Under the pieces are notes generated by a model that searched no databases, had not been told where the DNA came from, and saw only the letters and a program-made list of their open reading frames with translations. From NCBI GenBank assembly GCA_963820525.1, contig CAWGAA010000001.1, positions 1,952,001-2,016,000 of the forward strand: a stretch of 64,000 bases of DNA, in the 5' to 3' direction. The position numbers were made by a program, and so were the translations under genes. Each line of letters begins with the position of its first letter. Positions within the stretch are counted from its first letter, which is position 1. Positions 29,005-39,964 of this stretch are shown one piece after another. Origin of the DNA: an uncultured Spirochaetota bacterium (lineage in GTDB: Bacteria; Spirochaetota; Spirochaetia; SZUA-6; Fen-1364).

Positions 29005-29196
29005 ATGGAGGCGAGCGTACGCAAAAACATCAAGCCGGGAATCAAGGTCCTCATCGTGCAGAAAAAGGATCAGCCCACCGGGGCCACCACCGAAGGGATC
29101 GTCAAAGACATTCTCACCAGCTCTCCCACCCACCCCCACGGCATCAAGGTCCGTCTGGAAAGCGGTGAGGTGGGAAGAGTGAAGCAGATCCTCTAG
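29005..29196 (+). CDS. YwbE family protein
   Basis: KKDQPTG...HPHGIKVRL..GEVGRV. Confidence 0.9.
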   Translation: MEASVRKNIKPGIKVLIVQKKDQPTGATTEGIVKDILTSSPTHPHGIKVRLESGEVGRVKQIL

Positions 29197-29224
29197 AGAA
29201 AGCCCGCCGCAGCGGCGACCCCCC

Positions 29225-29707
29225 CTACCCTCCCTCTCCTTCCCCCACCTCGAAACAGAAATCCCCGACAACCCCGCCCGTCGCGCTCACGAGGGACTCG
29301 AAGCTCATCGGAACGCCCGAGGCATCCGTGCCCGCCGCAGGATACACCGTTGCGTGACGCGACAGGCCGGCGTCGATGTAGATCGCGATGGCCCCGTCCA
29401 GGCCGAACGGGCAGACCCCGCCGGGAGGAAAACCCGTGGCGGAGAGGGCCTCTTCCGCGCTCGCCATGCGGGATTTCACGCCGGTGGCGGCCTTAAGCTT
29501 GGACGACGATACCCTCCTGTCTCCGGGACAGACGACCAGGAAAAATCTCCCATCCTTTCCGATAAAAAGCAGGGACTTGGCGATCTGCCCCACCGCGACG
29601 CCGAAGCGCTGTGCGGCCAGAGGCGAGGTGGCGCAGCTTCCGGCCTCGAACTCGGTTGCGGCAAGGCCGTGCCCGGTGAGAGCCGCGCGGACTTTTTCGG
29701 GAATCAT
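29225..29707 (-). CDS. YbaK/EbsC aminoacyl-tRNA deacylase
   Basis: QIAKSL, TGFPPGGVCPFG, YPAAG. Confidence 0.9.
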   Translation of the reverse strand: MIPEKVRAALTGHGLAATEFEAGSCATSPLAAQRFGVAVGQIAKSLLFIGKDGRFFLVVCPGDRRVSSSKLKAATGVKSRMASAEEALSATGFPPGGVCPFGLDGAIAIYIDAGLSRHATVYPAAGTDASGVPMSFESLVSATGGVVGDFCFEVGEGEGG

Positions 29708-30747
29708 GCCGGGTCTCTGTAGGAGTCGCAGACCTCCAGGATGCTCTGGCGCTCCGAGAGAAAATGCGAGGCCATGCGGGGGTCGAACTGCGCGCCCTTC
29801 TGCGAGTCGATGTACGCGAACGCCCGCTCCGTGGTCCACGGCTCCTTGTAGGGCCGGCGGGAGATGAGGGCGTCGAAAACGTCCGCGATCGCGCTGATGC
29901 GCCCGAAAAGGGGGATCTCCTCGCCCCGGATCCCCTTGGGGTAGCCGCTGCCGTCGAAGCGCTCGTGGTGTGTGAGCGCAATGGTGGAGCCGGTCTGGAT
30001 GTAGGGGCTTGCGGAATCGCGCATGATCTGGTAGCCGATCGTCGTGTGCTCCTTGATGGTCGCGAACTCCTCGGGGGTGAGCGGGCCCCTCTTCTTGGTG
30101 AGGGCTTCGGGGACGCTGAGCATTCCCACGTCGTGGAGGGCGGAGCTCATGAAGAGGAGGTCCTGCTGGAACCCCTTCTCCCCCGCCGCCCGGGCGATGA
30201 TCTTCGCGAAGTTGGCGACGCGCGAAATATGATTCACGACTCCCGGATCCCCGTGCTCGGCGAGCTTTCCGATAGCCACAATGGCCTCGATCTCCCTCTC
30301 CACCGTCTTGCGCGTGGCCTTCTCTATCTCCTTCTGCAGAAGCTGAGCCCACTCCTTGTAGAAGAGCTGGCCTTTTCGAAGCTGGATGAGGCACTTCACG
30401 CGGGCGGAGAACTCCGAGAGGCAGAGGGGCTTGCTGAGAAACTCCGTGACCCCGGCCTCCAGGGCCTTGATCCGCATATCCTCCAGGTCCGTGACCCCCG
30501 TGACGATCACGATGGGCAGGTCGGCATGTCGGGCCCGCACGTTCCTGATGAACCGGATCCCATCTATTTCCGCGATCGTGGAATCGACGAAAACCAGGTC
30601 CACCGGATTGGTCTGCAGAAACCCGAGGGCTTCGAGTGGCTCGGTAAAGCTCACCACGGGAAGCCCGATCTCGCGTCCCATCCGCTCGATCAACAGGAGG
30701 CTGGCCTTGTCGTCATCCACCGAGATCGCTCTCAGTTCTTGTTCCAT
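29704..30747 (-). CDS. Response regulator with HD-GYP phosphodiesterase domain
   Basis: REC domain; LHDVG, HHERFDGSGYP, RPYK. Confidence 0.92.
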   Translation of the reverse strand: MEQELRAISVDDDKASLLLIERMGREIGLPVVSFTEPLEALGFLQTNPVDLVFVDSTIAEIDGIRFIRNVRARHADLPIVIVTGVTDLEDMRIKALEAGVTEFLSKPLCLSEFSARVKCLIQLRKGQLFYKEWAQLLQKEIEKATRKTVEREIEAIVAIGKLAEHGDPGVVNHISRVANFAKIIARAAGEKGFQQDLLFMSSALHDVGMLSVPEALTKKRGPLTPEEFATIKEHTTIGYQIMRDSASPYIQTGSTIALTHHERFDGSGYPKGIRGEEIPLFGRISAIADVFDALISRRPYKEPWTTERAFAYIDSQKGAQFDPRMASHFLSERQSILEVCDSYRDPA

Positions 30748-30864
30748 CACGCAAATTCTATGAAAGAAGAGGCTCCGCGTCAATGGAAACAGAATTTGAC
30801 CCAGGGGGAGGCAAGTGCTACCTTATCACGCGGGACCAGACTCGACCGGAAAGGATGTTTTTCA

Positions 30865-31587
30865 ATGGCGAACTTGATTGATACGAGCTGTGAAAAGACG
30901 GTCTCAAAAGAAGATCTTCTGAAAAAAATGAAAGGCACGCCCGACTTCATCCTCGAGCAATACTACTGCAAGGGTGTGGGCGCCTATTGCATGGACAAGG
31001 AGCTGTGCGTGCAGCTCGTGGCCAAGGCGAAGTTTCCGACTCGTTACGGCACGTTCACCATCTACGGCTTCTTCGACAGCCGCGAGGAAAAGGAGCACAC
31101 GGCGATCGTGCGGGGAGACGTGGCGGGCAAGAAGAAAGTGCCCCTCCGCGTGCACTCCGAGTGCCATACCGGTGACGTGTGGGGGAGCCTGCGCTGCGAC
31201 TGCAGGGACCAGCTCGAAGCGGCCATCGCGTATATCGGCAAGCAGCCGTTCGGCGCCATCATCTACCTCAAGCAGGAGGGGCGCGGCATCGGGCTTCTCA
31301 ACAAGATCAAGGCCTACCAGCTGCAGGACCTGGGTCTCGATACCATCGAGGCCAACCAATACCTGGACCTCCCCGTGGACGCACGGGACTACAAGGTGGC
31401 CTCGCGGATAATCCAGCTTCTGAAAATAGACTCAGTCTCCCTCTTGACCAACAACCCGGACAAGATCGAAAAGCTGCGCGAGGACGGCATCGACGTCGTG
31501 GAGAGGATTCCCGTTGTGATCGAACCCAACGCGTACAGCAGGAGCTACCTCGACGTGAAGAGGGATAAGATGGGGCACCTGCTCTAG
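30865..31587 (+). CDS. ribA: GTP cyclohydrolase II
   Basis: RVHSECHTGD...RCDC, QEGRGIG, TNNPDK. Confidence 0.95.
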   Translation: MANLIDTSCEKTVSKEDLLKKMKGTPDFILEQYYCKGVGAYCMDKELCVQLVAKAKFPTRYGTFTIYGFFDSREEKEHTAIVRGDVAGKKKVPLRVHSECHTGDVWGSLRCDCRDQLEAAIAYIGKQPFGAIIYLKQEGRGIGLLNKIKAYQLQDLGLDTIEANQYLDLPVDARDYKVASRIIQLLKIDSVSLLTNNPDKIEKLREDGIDVVERIPVVIEPNAYSRSYLDVKRDKMGHLL

Positions 31588-32834
31588 CCGGGAATCCGGG
31601 CTGCGAAGAGCCTCTCCGACGCGCCGGAGATCCGCTCCAACGCCTCGGCCACCTTTTCCCTCCTGTTGAAGGCGTTCATCCTCACGTAGCCTTCCCCGCA
31701 TCTGCCGAAGCCGATGCCGGGAGTGCAGACGATGCCGGCGCATTCCAGGAGCTCGTCGAAGAAGCGCCAGGAATCGCTCTCCGTCTTGACCCAGATGTAC
31801 GGCGAGTTGTCCCCGCCCGCGCAGGCGAACCCCAGGGAGACGAGCCTCTCCCTGAGGATCTTCGCATTGCCCAGATAGTAGTCGACGCTCGCCGCGGCTT
31901 CCTTTCTGCCCTGGGGAGTGTACAAGGCCGCGGCGGCCCTCTGAACGGGATAGGAGACGCCGTTGAATTTCGTGCTTACCCTCCGCATCCACAGGGAGCG
32001 CAGGGAATGGGTCCCGCCGTCCTCGTCGTGGGCCATGCAGCTTTTCGGGATGACGGCGAAGGCGCAGCGCGTGCCGGTGAACCCGGCGGTCTTGGAGAAG
32101 CTTCGAAACTCGACGGCCACGTCCCGCGCCCCGGGGATCTCGAAGATGGAGTGGGGCAGCGACTCGTCCCTGATGAAGGCCTCGTAGGCGGCATCGTAGA
32201 GGATGAGGGCCTTCGCGCTTCGAGCGTAGTCCACCCAGGCCGCCAGGCGATCGCGCGTGATGGCGACGCCGGTGGGGTTGTTGGGGAAGCAGAGGTACAC
32301 GAGATCCACCCGGGTGCGCGGCGGGTCCGGGATGTAGCCGTTGTCCTCGGTCGAATCGAGGTAGATGAGCCCGCCGTACCTCCCGTCCCGGAATGGCCCC
32401 GTTCGGCCCGCCATGACGTTTGTATCCACGTACACGGGGTAGACGGGATCCGGGATCGCGATGCGCAGGTTCCCGCTGAACAGCTCCTGGATGTTCGCCG
32501 TATCGCTCTTGGCCCCATCGCTGATGAATATCTCGTCGGCATCGATTTCGGCGCCGCGGGCCCGGAAGTCCGTCTCGGCGATGGGCGCGCGGAGGAACTC
32601 GTATCCCGGATCCGGCCCGTAGCCCCGGAAGGTCTCCTCCCGGGACATCTCGTCCACCGCTTCGTGGAAGGCCCTCACGCACGCTTGCGGCAGGGCACGG
32701 GTGACATCGCCGATGCCGAGCTTGATGACCTCCACGTCGGGACGCCTCTTTGTGAACTCCTCCACCCTCGCCTCCACTTCCTTGAAAAGGTATGAGGAGG
32801 CGAGCTTGCGGTAGTTCTCATTGATGCGGATCAT
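31584..32834 (-). CDS. dapL: LL-diaminopimelate aminotransferase
   Basis: SYLF, LGIGD, SDGAKSD, PNNPTG, SFSKTAGFTGTR. Confidence 0.95.
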   Translation of the reverse strand: MIRINENYRKLASSYLFKEVEARVEEFTKRRPDVEVIKLGIGDVTRALPQACVRAFHEAVDEMSREETFRGYGPDPGYEFLRAPIAETDFRARGAEIDADEIFISDGAKSDTANIQELFSGNLRIAIPDPVYPVYVDTNVMAGRTGPFRDGRYGGLIYLDSTEDNGYIPDPPRTRVDLVYLCFPNNPTGVAITRDRLAAWVDYARSAKALILYDAAYEAFIRDESLPHSIFEIPGARDVAVEFRSFSKTAGFTGTRCAFAVIPKSCMAHDEDGGTHSLRSLWMRRVSTKFNGVSYPVQRAAAALYTPQGRKEAAASVDYYLGNAKILRERLVSLGFACAGGDNSPYIWVKTESDSWRFFDELLECAGIVCTPGIGFGRCGEGYVRMNAFNRREKVAEALERISGASERLFAARIPG

Positions 32835-32913
32835 GGCCCCTTATACCCGGGGGAACGGCCCCTGTCAACGAGCGGGCCTGTGCAGCACACGCGGATTTCG
32901 CTACACTATCATC

Positions 32914-33441
32914 ATGGAAGAATTACAATATCCGATCGGCCGTTTCTCCGCTGAAAAGGAGCTTGCCCCGACTAAAAGACAGAACCTGATCCGCGAAATC
33001 GCCGGCCTGCCCGCGCGGCTTCGAAAGAGCGTGGAAGGGCTTTCGGCCGCGCAGCTCGATACGCCGTACCGCAACGGGGGCTGGACCCCTCGTCAGATCG
33101 TTCACCACGTCGCGGACTCCCACATGAACGCCTTCATCCGCTTCAAGCTCGCCCTGACCGAGGACAACCCGCAGATCAAGCCCTTCGAGCAGGACGGCTG
33201 GGCTGCGATGGTGGACAGCACCAGGGCGGATCCCGCCCTGTCGCTCGCCATCGTGGACGGCCTTCACGCGAGGTTCTCCGCGCTGCTCTCCTCTCTTTCG
33301 CCGGAGGATTTCGCCCGCACCTTCCAGCACCCGGAGCGGGGCGCCATATCCCTTGACTACAATCTTCAGCTCTACGCCTGGCACGGGAATCACCATACTG
33401 CCCATATCGAAGGACTTCGCGCGCGCAAGGGCTGGAAGTAA
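32914..33441 (+). CDS. YfiT/BstA-like DinB-superfamily thiol transferase
   Basis: LQYPIG, DTPYRNGGW, HHVADSH, WHGNHH. Confidence 0.9.
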   Translation: MEELQYPIGRFSAEKELAPTKRQNLIREIAGLPARLRKSVEGLSAAQLDTPYRNGGWTPRQIVHHVADSHMNAFIRFKLALTEDNPQIKPFEQDGWAAMVDSTRADPALSLAIVDGLHARFSALLSSLSPEDFARTFQHPERGAISLDYNLQLYAWHGNHHTAHIEGLRARKGWK

Positions 33442-33450
33442 TAACGACGA

Positions 33451-34251
33451 ATGAAATCTCCAAAACAGGTCGGCCTTGAAAGCGCCATTCTCAAAGGTCT
33501 TTCCGGCCCCGCTAGAAAGGTTGCGGAAGCCCTCCTCGAAGACGCCGAGGTCCGGGCCCTCCAGGAATACGCGAACACGGTCTCCATCAAGAGGCTGGGG
33601 TACAACGACCACGGTCCCGTGCATATGCGCAAAGTTGTGCTGAACGCCCTTCGTATGGCGGAAATCCTCCATTCGGCGGAGATCAAGCTCAGCCTCGAGG
33701 AGGACGAGGCGGGCGACTACGAAGACAGCCTCATCTCCCTGGTCATGGCGGGAATGCTCCACGACGTCGGGATGAGCGTGGGCAGGCACGACCACGAGCA
33801 CGCCAGCATCATGCTCACCCTGCCCATCATCGACAGAACGCTCCGCTGGGTCTACGCCGATGACGTGGCAAAGCGGGTGGTCGTGCGGTCTCTCGTCGTG
33901 GAGTGCATCGCGGGGCACATGGCCACCCAGCGGATATACTCCCGGGAAGCGGGCATCATCCTCGTGGCGGACGGCTGCGACATGGAGAAGGGCAGGGCCC
34001 GCATCCCCATGATGATCGCCACCGAGTCCCGCGTGGGGGACATCCACAAGTACTCCGCCTCCGCCGTGGAGCAGGTGAAGATCGAGAAGGGGGAAAAACG
34101 CCCGATCCGGATCACGGTGGAGATGCGAGCCACCGTCGGGTTCTTCCAGGTGGAAGAGGTCCTGATCGGAAAAATCAACTCCAGTCCCGTGAAGCCATTC
34201 ATCGAGCTGTACGCGGGAGTGATCGGCAGGAAGATGAAGTGCTACCTCTGA
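33451..34251 (+). CDS. HD-domain phosphohydrolase
   Basis: YNDHGPVH, LHDVG, ADGCD. Confidence 0.88.
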   Translation: MKSPKQVGLESAILKGLSGPARKVAEALLEDAEVRALQEYANTVSIKRLGYNDHGPVHMRKVVLNALRMAEILHSAEIKLSLEEDEAGDYEDSLISLVMAGMLHDVGMSVGRHDHEHASIMLTLPIIDRTLRWVYADDVAKRVVVRSLVVECIAGHMATQRIYSREAGIILVADGCDMEKGRARIPMMIATESRVGDIHKYSASAVEQVKIEKGEKRPIRITVEMRATVGFFQVEEVLIGKINSSPVKPFIELYAGVIGRKMKCYL

Positions 34252-34316
34252 GGCTTTTTCGCCGGAGAGGCGGGCCGCGGCGGGGCGGCTGACAGGCGCG
34301 AAATGACGAGGCCGCC

Positions 34317-34505
34317 GTGAGCATGGAAGACAGGCTCGCCTACATCAAGAAGAAGCTGAAGGACCGCAGGATCTACTACAGCTCGTACAACCCGCGCTCC
34401 TCGTACCTCTACGATATCGAGGACGCGGAGGACGACCTGTTGTGGCTCATCTCCGAGGTGGAGCGCCTGCGAGAGCAGAGCGAAGGCGAGGGACGCGCCC
34501 CGTGA
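34317..34505 (+). CDS. Small hypothetical protein
   Basis: Codon usage like neighbours; stop overlaps next start (GTGA). Confidence 0.6.
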   Translation: MSMEDRLAYIKKKLKDRRIYYSSYNPRSSYLYDIEDAEDDLLWLISEVERLREQSEGEGRAP

Positions 34506-35353
34506 AGGCACGAGGGCTCGCCGCGCTCGTGGCGTGCGCCCTGTTGTGGAGCACGGGCGGGCTTTTCATAAAGCTGGTTCCCTGGAACCCGATCGCCATT
34601 GCCGGAAGCCGAAGCCTCATCGGGGGGCTGCTCATCCTCGCGTTCCTGCGAAGGCCCCGCTTCACGTTGTCGCTCACGCAGATCCTCTGCGGCCTCTCGT
34701 ACGCCGGCTGCATGATTCTCTTCGTTTCCGCCACCAAGCTGACCACGGCGGCCAATACGATACTCCTTCAATACACGGCGCCCCTGTATGCCGCCTTCCT
34801 TGCGGCGCCGCTCCTGGGCGAGCGGACAAAGCCGCTGGACTGGATCACTATCGCGATCGTTCTGGGCGGCATGGCCCTCTTCTTCCTGGACAAGCTGTCG
34901 CCCGGAAGCACATTGGGAAATCTCCTCGCCATGGCAAGCGGAGTTTTCTTCGCCCTCACGATCGTGCTCCTCAGAAAACAGAAGGAAGGCTCGCCGCTTG
35001 AGTCCCTCCTCATCAGTCACCTCGTCACGTTCGCGATATCCATCCCCTTCCTCCTGGCCGCTCCGCCGGCATTCAGCCTGTCAAGCGCGGGGGGCATCGC
35101 CTTTCTCGGCCTCTTCCAGGTCGGCCTCCCCTCCATCCTCCTGTCCTTCGGGGTGCGGCACGTGACGGCGGTGCAATCGCTTCTCACCTCCTTCCTCGAG
35201 CCGATCCTCAATCCCCTGTGGGTGTTCCTGGCCCTGGGAGAGGCGCCGGGAGCCTTCGCTCTTGCGGGAGGAGCAGTCATCCTGCTTACCGTCACGGCCC
35301 GCTCCCTCATCACGGTGTTCAGCGAGTCGAAGCCGGCGGGGGCCGCCTCGTAG
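34502..35353 (+). CDS. DMT/EamA family transporter
   Basis: About ten TM segments, LQYTAP, LEPILNP. Confidence 0.88.
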   Translation: MKARGLAALVACALLWSTGGLFIKLVPWNPIAIAGSRSLIGGLLILAFLRRPRFTLSLTQILCGLSYAGCMILFVSATKLTTAANTILLQYTAPLYAAFLAAPLLGERTKPLDWITIAIVLGGMALFFLDKLSPGSTLGNLLAMASGVFFALTIVLLRKQKEGSPLESLLISHLVTFAISIPFLLAAPPAFSLSSAGGIAFLGLFQVGLPSILLSFGVRHVTAVQSLLTSFLEPILNPLWVFLALGEAPGAFALAGGAVILLTVTARSLITVFSESKPAGAAS

Positions 35354-35370
35354 CGCCTGGACGGCACGCG

Positions 35371-36303
35371 TCAGGAGGCGGGCGGCGAGACTGCGTCCTT
35401 GAGCGAGCGCGCGTTCACCATCAACACCCCGGCGATGATCACGATTCCGCCCAGGATCTGGATGAGGGAGATGCTCTCACCCAGCAGAACCACCCCGCCG
35501 ATCACCCCCACTACGGGAATGAGATTCACGTAGGGGCTGACGACGATGGGGCCCAGCCTCGAGAGGCCGTACATGTAGAGGAAGTTCCCCACGGCGGAGC
35601 TGAGAACCGCGAGGTAGAGAAGATTCAAGATCACGACAAGGGTTATCGGCACCCACGCGCCGAATTCCAGGAAGGCCAGCGGGACGAGGAACGCGGTCCC
35701 GAACAGCGACTGGTAGGCCGTGATTGCGAGATCCGAAAGCCTTTTATGCAGGTTCCTGCTCGCCATCATGTAGGCAACCCAGGAGATGCAGGCGCCGAAC
35801 ATGAAGAGGTCTCCCGTGAGGGAGCCGGAGAGAAGCGATGCGCCGGGAATGCGGACAACGAAATATACGCCCACAACGGAGAGCAGGATTCCCGCGATGC
35901 CCAGGATCCTGATGCGGGAGCGGAACAGGATGAGCTCCGCGATCACCGTGAAGACGGGGATGGCCGCGATGATGAGGGACGCGTGGGACGCGGAGGTGAG
36001 CTTGATGCCGCGCGACTCGAAGAAGAAGTAGATTGTCACGCCGAAGAGCCCGCTCACCATGAGGGGAAGCACGTTGCGCTTCGCGAGCCGCGTGGCGGGC
36101 TCCACTTTCCTGAGGAGCAGGTTGAGGATGAGGGTTGTGAGCAGGAAGCGCATGCAGACCATGGTCATGGGCGGGACGCCCGCATTGAGGATGGTCTTGG
36201 AGCTTACAAACGACAGTCCCCACAGCAGGACGGTGCCCCACACCGCCAGGAAGGGGAGCACCCTCGCGGGCAGAATCGTTTTTTCTTGCATAGCGGCTTT
36301 CAC
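35371..36303 (-). CDS. DMT/EamA family transporter
   Basis: WGLSFVSSK, NLIPVV, LLGE. Confidence 0.9.
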   Translation of the reverse strand: MKAAMQEKTILPARVLPFLAVWGTVLLWGLSFVSSKTILNAGVPPMTMVCMRFLLTTLILNLLLRKVEPATRLAKRNVLPLMVSGLFGVTIYFFFESRGIKLTSASHASLIIAAIPVFTVIAELILFRSRIRILGIAGILLSVVGVYFVVRIPGASLLSGSLTGDLFMFGACISWVAYMMASRNLHKRLSDLAITAYQSLFGTAFLVPLAFLEFGAWVPITLVVILNLLYLAVLSSAVGNFLYMYGLSRLGPIVVSPYVNLIPVVGVIGGVVLLGESISLIQILGGIVIIAGVLMVNARSLKDAVSPPAS

Positions 36304-36310
36304 AATCGGC

Positions 36311-36820
36311 CTATTCCAGGCCCATCTTTTTCAGTTTCGGCGCAATGACCAGGCGGCAGTACCCCGCGCTCTTGTTGCTGTCGTAGTAATCCTTGTGGTA
36401 GCCTTCGGCGGGATAGAACGCTTCAAGCAGCTTGCACTCGGTGACGATTCTGGGGCGGAAAGAAGCCTGCGCCTTGCGCAGGGACTCCGCCGCCGCCCGC
36501 TTTTGCTCCTCATCGGCGTAGAGGATTATCGAGCGGTACTGCGTGCCGACATCCGCCCCCTGCCTGTTCGGGGTGGTCGGGTCGTGAGCCTTCCAGAAGA
36601 TGTCGAGGATCCCGGCAAGGGCAATCTTTTGCGGATCGAAGGAGATCCTGACCACTTCGGCATGGCCCGTCGTATCCGTGCATACGTCCTGGTACGTGGG
36701 GTTGGCGACGGTGCCGCCCGCATACCCCGAGGAGACCGAGAGCACCCCATCGATCCTCTTGAAGATCGCCTCCAGGCACCAGAAGCAGCCGCCTCCCAAA
36801 ACGATGGTGGATTCCCTCAC
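36311..36820 (-). CDS. msrA: Peptide methionine sulfoxide reductase A
   Basis: GGGCFWC, HDPT..RQG.DVGTQYRS. Confidence 0.96.
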   Translation of the reverse strand: MRESTIVLGGGCFWCLEAIFKRIDGVLSVSSGYAGGTVANPTYQDVCTDTTGHAEVVRISFDPQKIALAGILDIFWKAHDPTTPNRQGADVGTQYRSIILYADEEQKRAAAESLRKAQASFRPRIVTECKLLEAFYPAEGYHKDYYDSNKSAGYCRLVIAPKLKKMGLE

Positions 36821-37803
36821 GCCGGGACCGCTTCCTTTCTCACGATTCGACGCGAGAGCTCGTCGATTCTCGCGAGCTCCTTGTCCAAGAGCCGAAAGCT
36901 CATGGCACCGGCGCTCTCCTCGGCCTGCCTCGGCTTGGACGCCCCCGGTATGGCCACGACCGTCTCTCCATGAAAATTGACCAACCAGTTCAGGGCAACC
37001 TGGGAAGCGGACACGCCGTACCCGCGGCCGATCTCGCGCATCTCGTGGACCAGGGGTGCCGTGCGCACGAGACCCTGGGGGCTGAAGGCGCCGATGAGCT
37101 TGCGGGCCCCCGACACTTTGGCCACCAGCGAGGGATCGTCGTGGAACTTCCCCGTGAGGACGCCCTGGGCGAGCGGCGAGTAGGCGATCACGGTGACGCC
37201 GAGCCGCTTCGCCGTCTGGAGAACTCCGTTTCGCTCGATCCTCCTGTCCAGGAGGTTGTAGCGGACCTGGTTGGATGCCAGGGGGATGCCCTCGGCGGCA
37301 AGCGCCGCGTGGGCCTCCTCCATCTGGCGGGCGGAGAAGTTGCTGACCCCCACGCTCGCGATTCTGCCCGAGCGCACGAGCGCCGCCATCTCCTTCATCT
37401 GGGCTCGGATGGAGGAAAAGCTCAGCGGCTGGTGGATCTGGTAGAGGTCTATGGGATATGCGCCGAGGCAGGCGAGCCTTTCACCGATGGTGCGGGCAAT
37501 GGAGGATGCCGTGCGGAAGAGGGGGAACCACTTTGTGGCGATCACGACGCTTCCGGGAGCGACCTTGCGCGCGGAGAGGGAAGCGGAGAGCACCTGCTCG
37601 GACCTTCCCTTGCCATACGCCTCGGCGGTGTCGAACCACCCGATTCCCTTGTCGAGGCTCGCGCCGACGATGCCCTCGATCGTGGCATCGTCGAGGACGG
37701 CCCAGAACCTGCCCATCATTCCCTGCCCCTGGGAGAACTGCCAGCAGCCCAGCCCGATGGGGGTGATCTGGATATCGGTCCGCCCCAGCCTGCGTTTTTC
37801 CAT
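36817..37803 (-). CDS. Aldo/keto reductase
   Basis: FDTAEAYG, IDLYQIH, GVSNFS, AYSPLAQG. Confidence 0.93.
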   Translation of the reverse strand: MEKRRLGRTDIQITPIGLGCWQFSQGQGMMGRFWAVLDDATIEGIVGASLDKGIGWFDTAEAYGKGRSEQVLSASLSARKVAPGSVVIATKWFPLFRTASSIARTIGERLACLGAYPIDLYQIHQPLSFSSIRAQMKEMAALVRSGRIASVGVSNFSARQMEEAHAALAAEGIPLASNQVRYNLLDRRIERNGVLQTAKRLGVTVIAYSPLAQGVLTGKFHDDPSLVAKVSGARKLIGAFSPQGLVRTAPLVHEMREIGRGYGVSASQVALNWLVNFHGETVVAIPGASKPRQAEESAGAMSFRLLDKELARIDELSRRIVRKEAVPA

Positions 37804-37904
37804 GGAGACCCTCCTGCCTTTGACATGCGCGCTGCCGCGAAGGAAGCCGCAATCGATTACGGGAATAATTTCCCAAAGAGTGTGACGAAAGGCAAGGGGC
37901 GGGC

Positions 37905-39409
37905 TCAGGAGCGGGAGCCCGCGAACATGAAGCGTTTCACTTTTCGCGTCGAGGTCTTGGGGAGCTCTTCCCCGGAAACTTCGAATCCCCGGGGGACCTT
38001 GTATCCCGCCGCCCCGGCCATGCATTTCCTGATCTCCCCGTGCACGACCTCGTTCACCTGGGCTTCCGTCAGGGGCGCTCCGCGCTCGGCGCCCAGAGCC
38101 TGAAGCGCGTCGGGGTCGGGATACACGATGGCATACGGGTACTCCCCTCCCTCCTCGTCGAGCTTCCCGATGATGACGACCTCGGAGATGAGCGGGCTTG
38201 CCAGCAGGAGGTTTTCTATCTCCTCGGGGTAGATGTTCTTGCCGCCCTTGGTCACGATGATGTTCTTCAGGCGGCCCGTGATGGAGAGGTAGCCGTCGGA
38301 GTCCAGCTTGCCGATGTCTCCCGTGTGAAGCCACCCCTCGGGATCGATCACCTCCCGCGTCTTCTCCGGCATGTCGAGGTAGCCGAGCATCACATTGGAT
38401 CCCCGGGCCAGGATCTCGCCGTTTCCGTTCGCGTCCTTGCCCTCGATGCGCACCTCCACGTTTGAGAGGGGCAGCCCCACGGATCCGGGACGGTTGCGCG
38501 CCGGGCAGGTGCTGGAGATGACGGGCGACGTCTCGGTGAGCCCGTAGCCTTGATAGGTGGTGAGGCCGAGGGCCTCCATCCCGTCGATGACCTCCTTGGC
38601 TATCGGCCCGCCCCCGGAGACGAAGAAACGCAGCTTCTCAAGCCCCAGCTCCCGGGCCACGGACCGGAACAGCAGCTTGCCGATCCGCAGGTGGAGCACC
38701 TTGAATGAGAACCCGCTCAGGGCAAAGAGGAGGCGGAAGACGGCCTGCACGGCCGGGGGCCTTTCCTTCACCTTGGCCAGGATTCCCTTATAGATCTTCT
38801 CGATGAGGAGGGGCATCGCCGGGATGCACGTGGCCCCCGTCTCCTTCATGGTCTGGATGAGCACGTGGGTCTTCATCGAGGGGACCGTCGTGATCCGGGC
38901 GAAGGTGAGCAGGGGGACGAATATCCCCATGTTGGTGGGATACGTATGGTGGAAGGGGAGCACGATGATCCAGTTGTCCCCCGGGCCCAGGAGCGTGGTC
39001 TGCTGGACGCCGTCGCCGTTCTCCACCAGGTTCCTGTGGGAGAGCATCACCCCCTTGGGCACGCCCGTGGTTCCCGAAGTGAAGATGAGGGCGGCCAGGT
39101 CGTCGGGAGAAACGGGATAGGCGAAGGGGTCGATCCCGCGGCCCTGCAGGATCCGGCCCGCCGCGAGCAGGGAGAAGAATGGGATGACGGCGGATGCCGG
39201 CAGGGAGCCGTCGGGAAGGACGGGAAAATCGGGTGAAACGTCGGGGGCCGGGTCGAAGAGCACGACGTGCTTGTCGGAACCTCCCGCCTTCATCACCTTC
39301 TCCCTGTACTCGGCGGAGGTGAAGATGAACCGCGCTCGGCCCTGAAGGACTCCACCATCTGGCGGATGGTGTGCAGATCTCGAGACGGGACGACGCGATT
39401 GACGGGCAT
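37905..39409 (-). pseudogene. Long-chain acyl-CoA synthetase with apparent N-terminal internal deletion and frameshift
   Basis: FTSGTTGVPKG, GYGLTE, TGDIG; start MPVNR at 39409 goes out of frame near 39335. Confidence 0.75.
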
Positions 39410-39430
39410 GCTGCCTCTGGGCATCCCGCG

Positions 39431-39964
39431 CTACTGCTCGATGCGCAACCTTCCGAATACCGCCGCTGCCTTGATGTGCACCGCGTCGGCTCCCTCTCGG
39501 TATGATGCGGTGGTGTACGAGCTGTCTCCGAAGGCCACGGAGTTCCCGTTGGGCGCCTCCACGGCGCCGAAGGCCGCCGTCATGTCCACGCGCACGGGAG
39601 CCGCGGGGTTGATCCTCAGGATGCCGCTTCCAAACACGACATTGACTTCCTTGCGAACGCTTCCGCCCGAGGGGGCGAGCGTCGAGAGGTCCACGATGCC
39701 GCGGCTGAAGATGATGTTGTAGTCATTGGAGCCCTTGTTGCCGACGTATTCCATGCGCGAATCCGAGAACACGATGGTGTTCCGGTCCTTGATCTCGGGA
39801 CCCCGAATGAGGATCCGCACTCCGAGGTAGACGAAAAACAGGGCGAGGATGACCCGCACGAGCGGGATTTGAACGGGAACATAGCGGCGCACCATGATCC
39901 AGACGCCGACGATCACCAGGAGGAGCCCCCAGAAAATCCCGTCAAACAGAGAGATCATTCGCAT
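39431..39964 (-). CDS. LiaF-like membrane protein
   Basis: Two N-terminal TM helices and beta-rich C-terminus (VVFGSG, AAFG, AVFG). Confidence 0.6.
   Translation of the reverse strand: MRMISLFDGIFWGLLLVIVGVWIMVRRYVPVQIPLVRVILALFFVYLGVRILIRGPEIKDRNTIVFSDSRMEYVGNKGSNDYNIIFSRGIVDLSTLAPSGGSVRKEVNVVFGSGILRINPAAPVRVDMTAAFGAVEAPNGNSVAFGDSSYTTASYREGADAVHIKAAAVFGRLRIEQ

Noticed and set aside
18600..29200. Small accessory genes as further integron cassettes
   Set aside because: No TAAC...GTT attC hairpins seen between them, and orientations are mixed.
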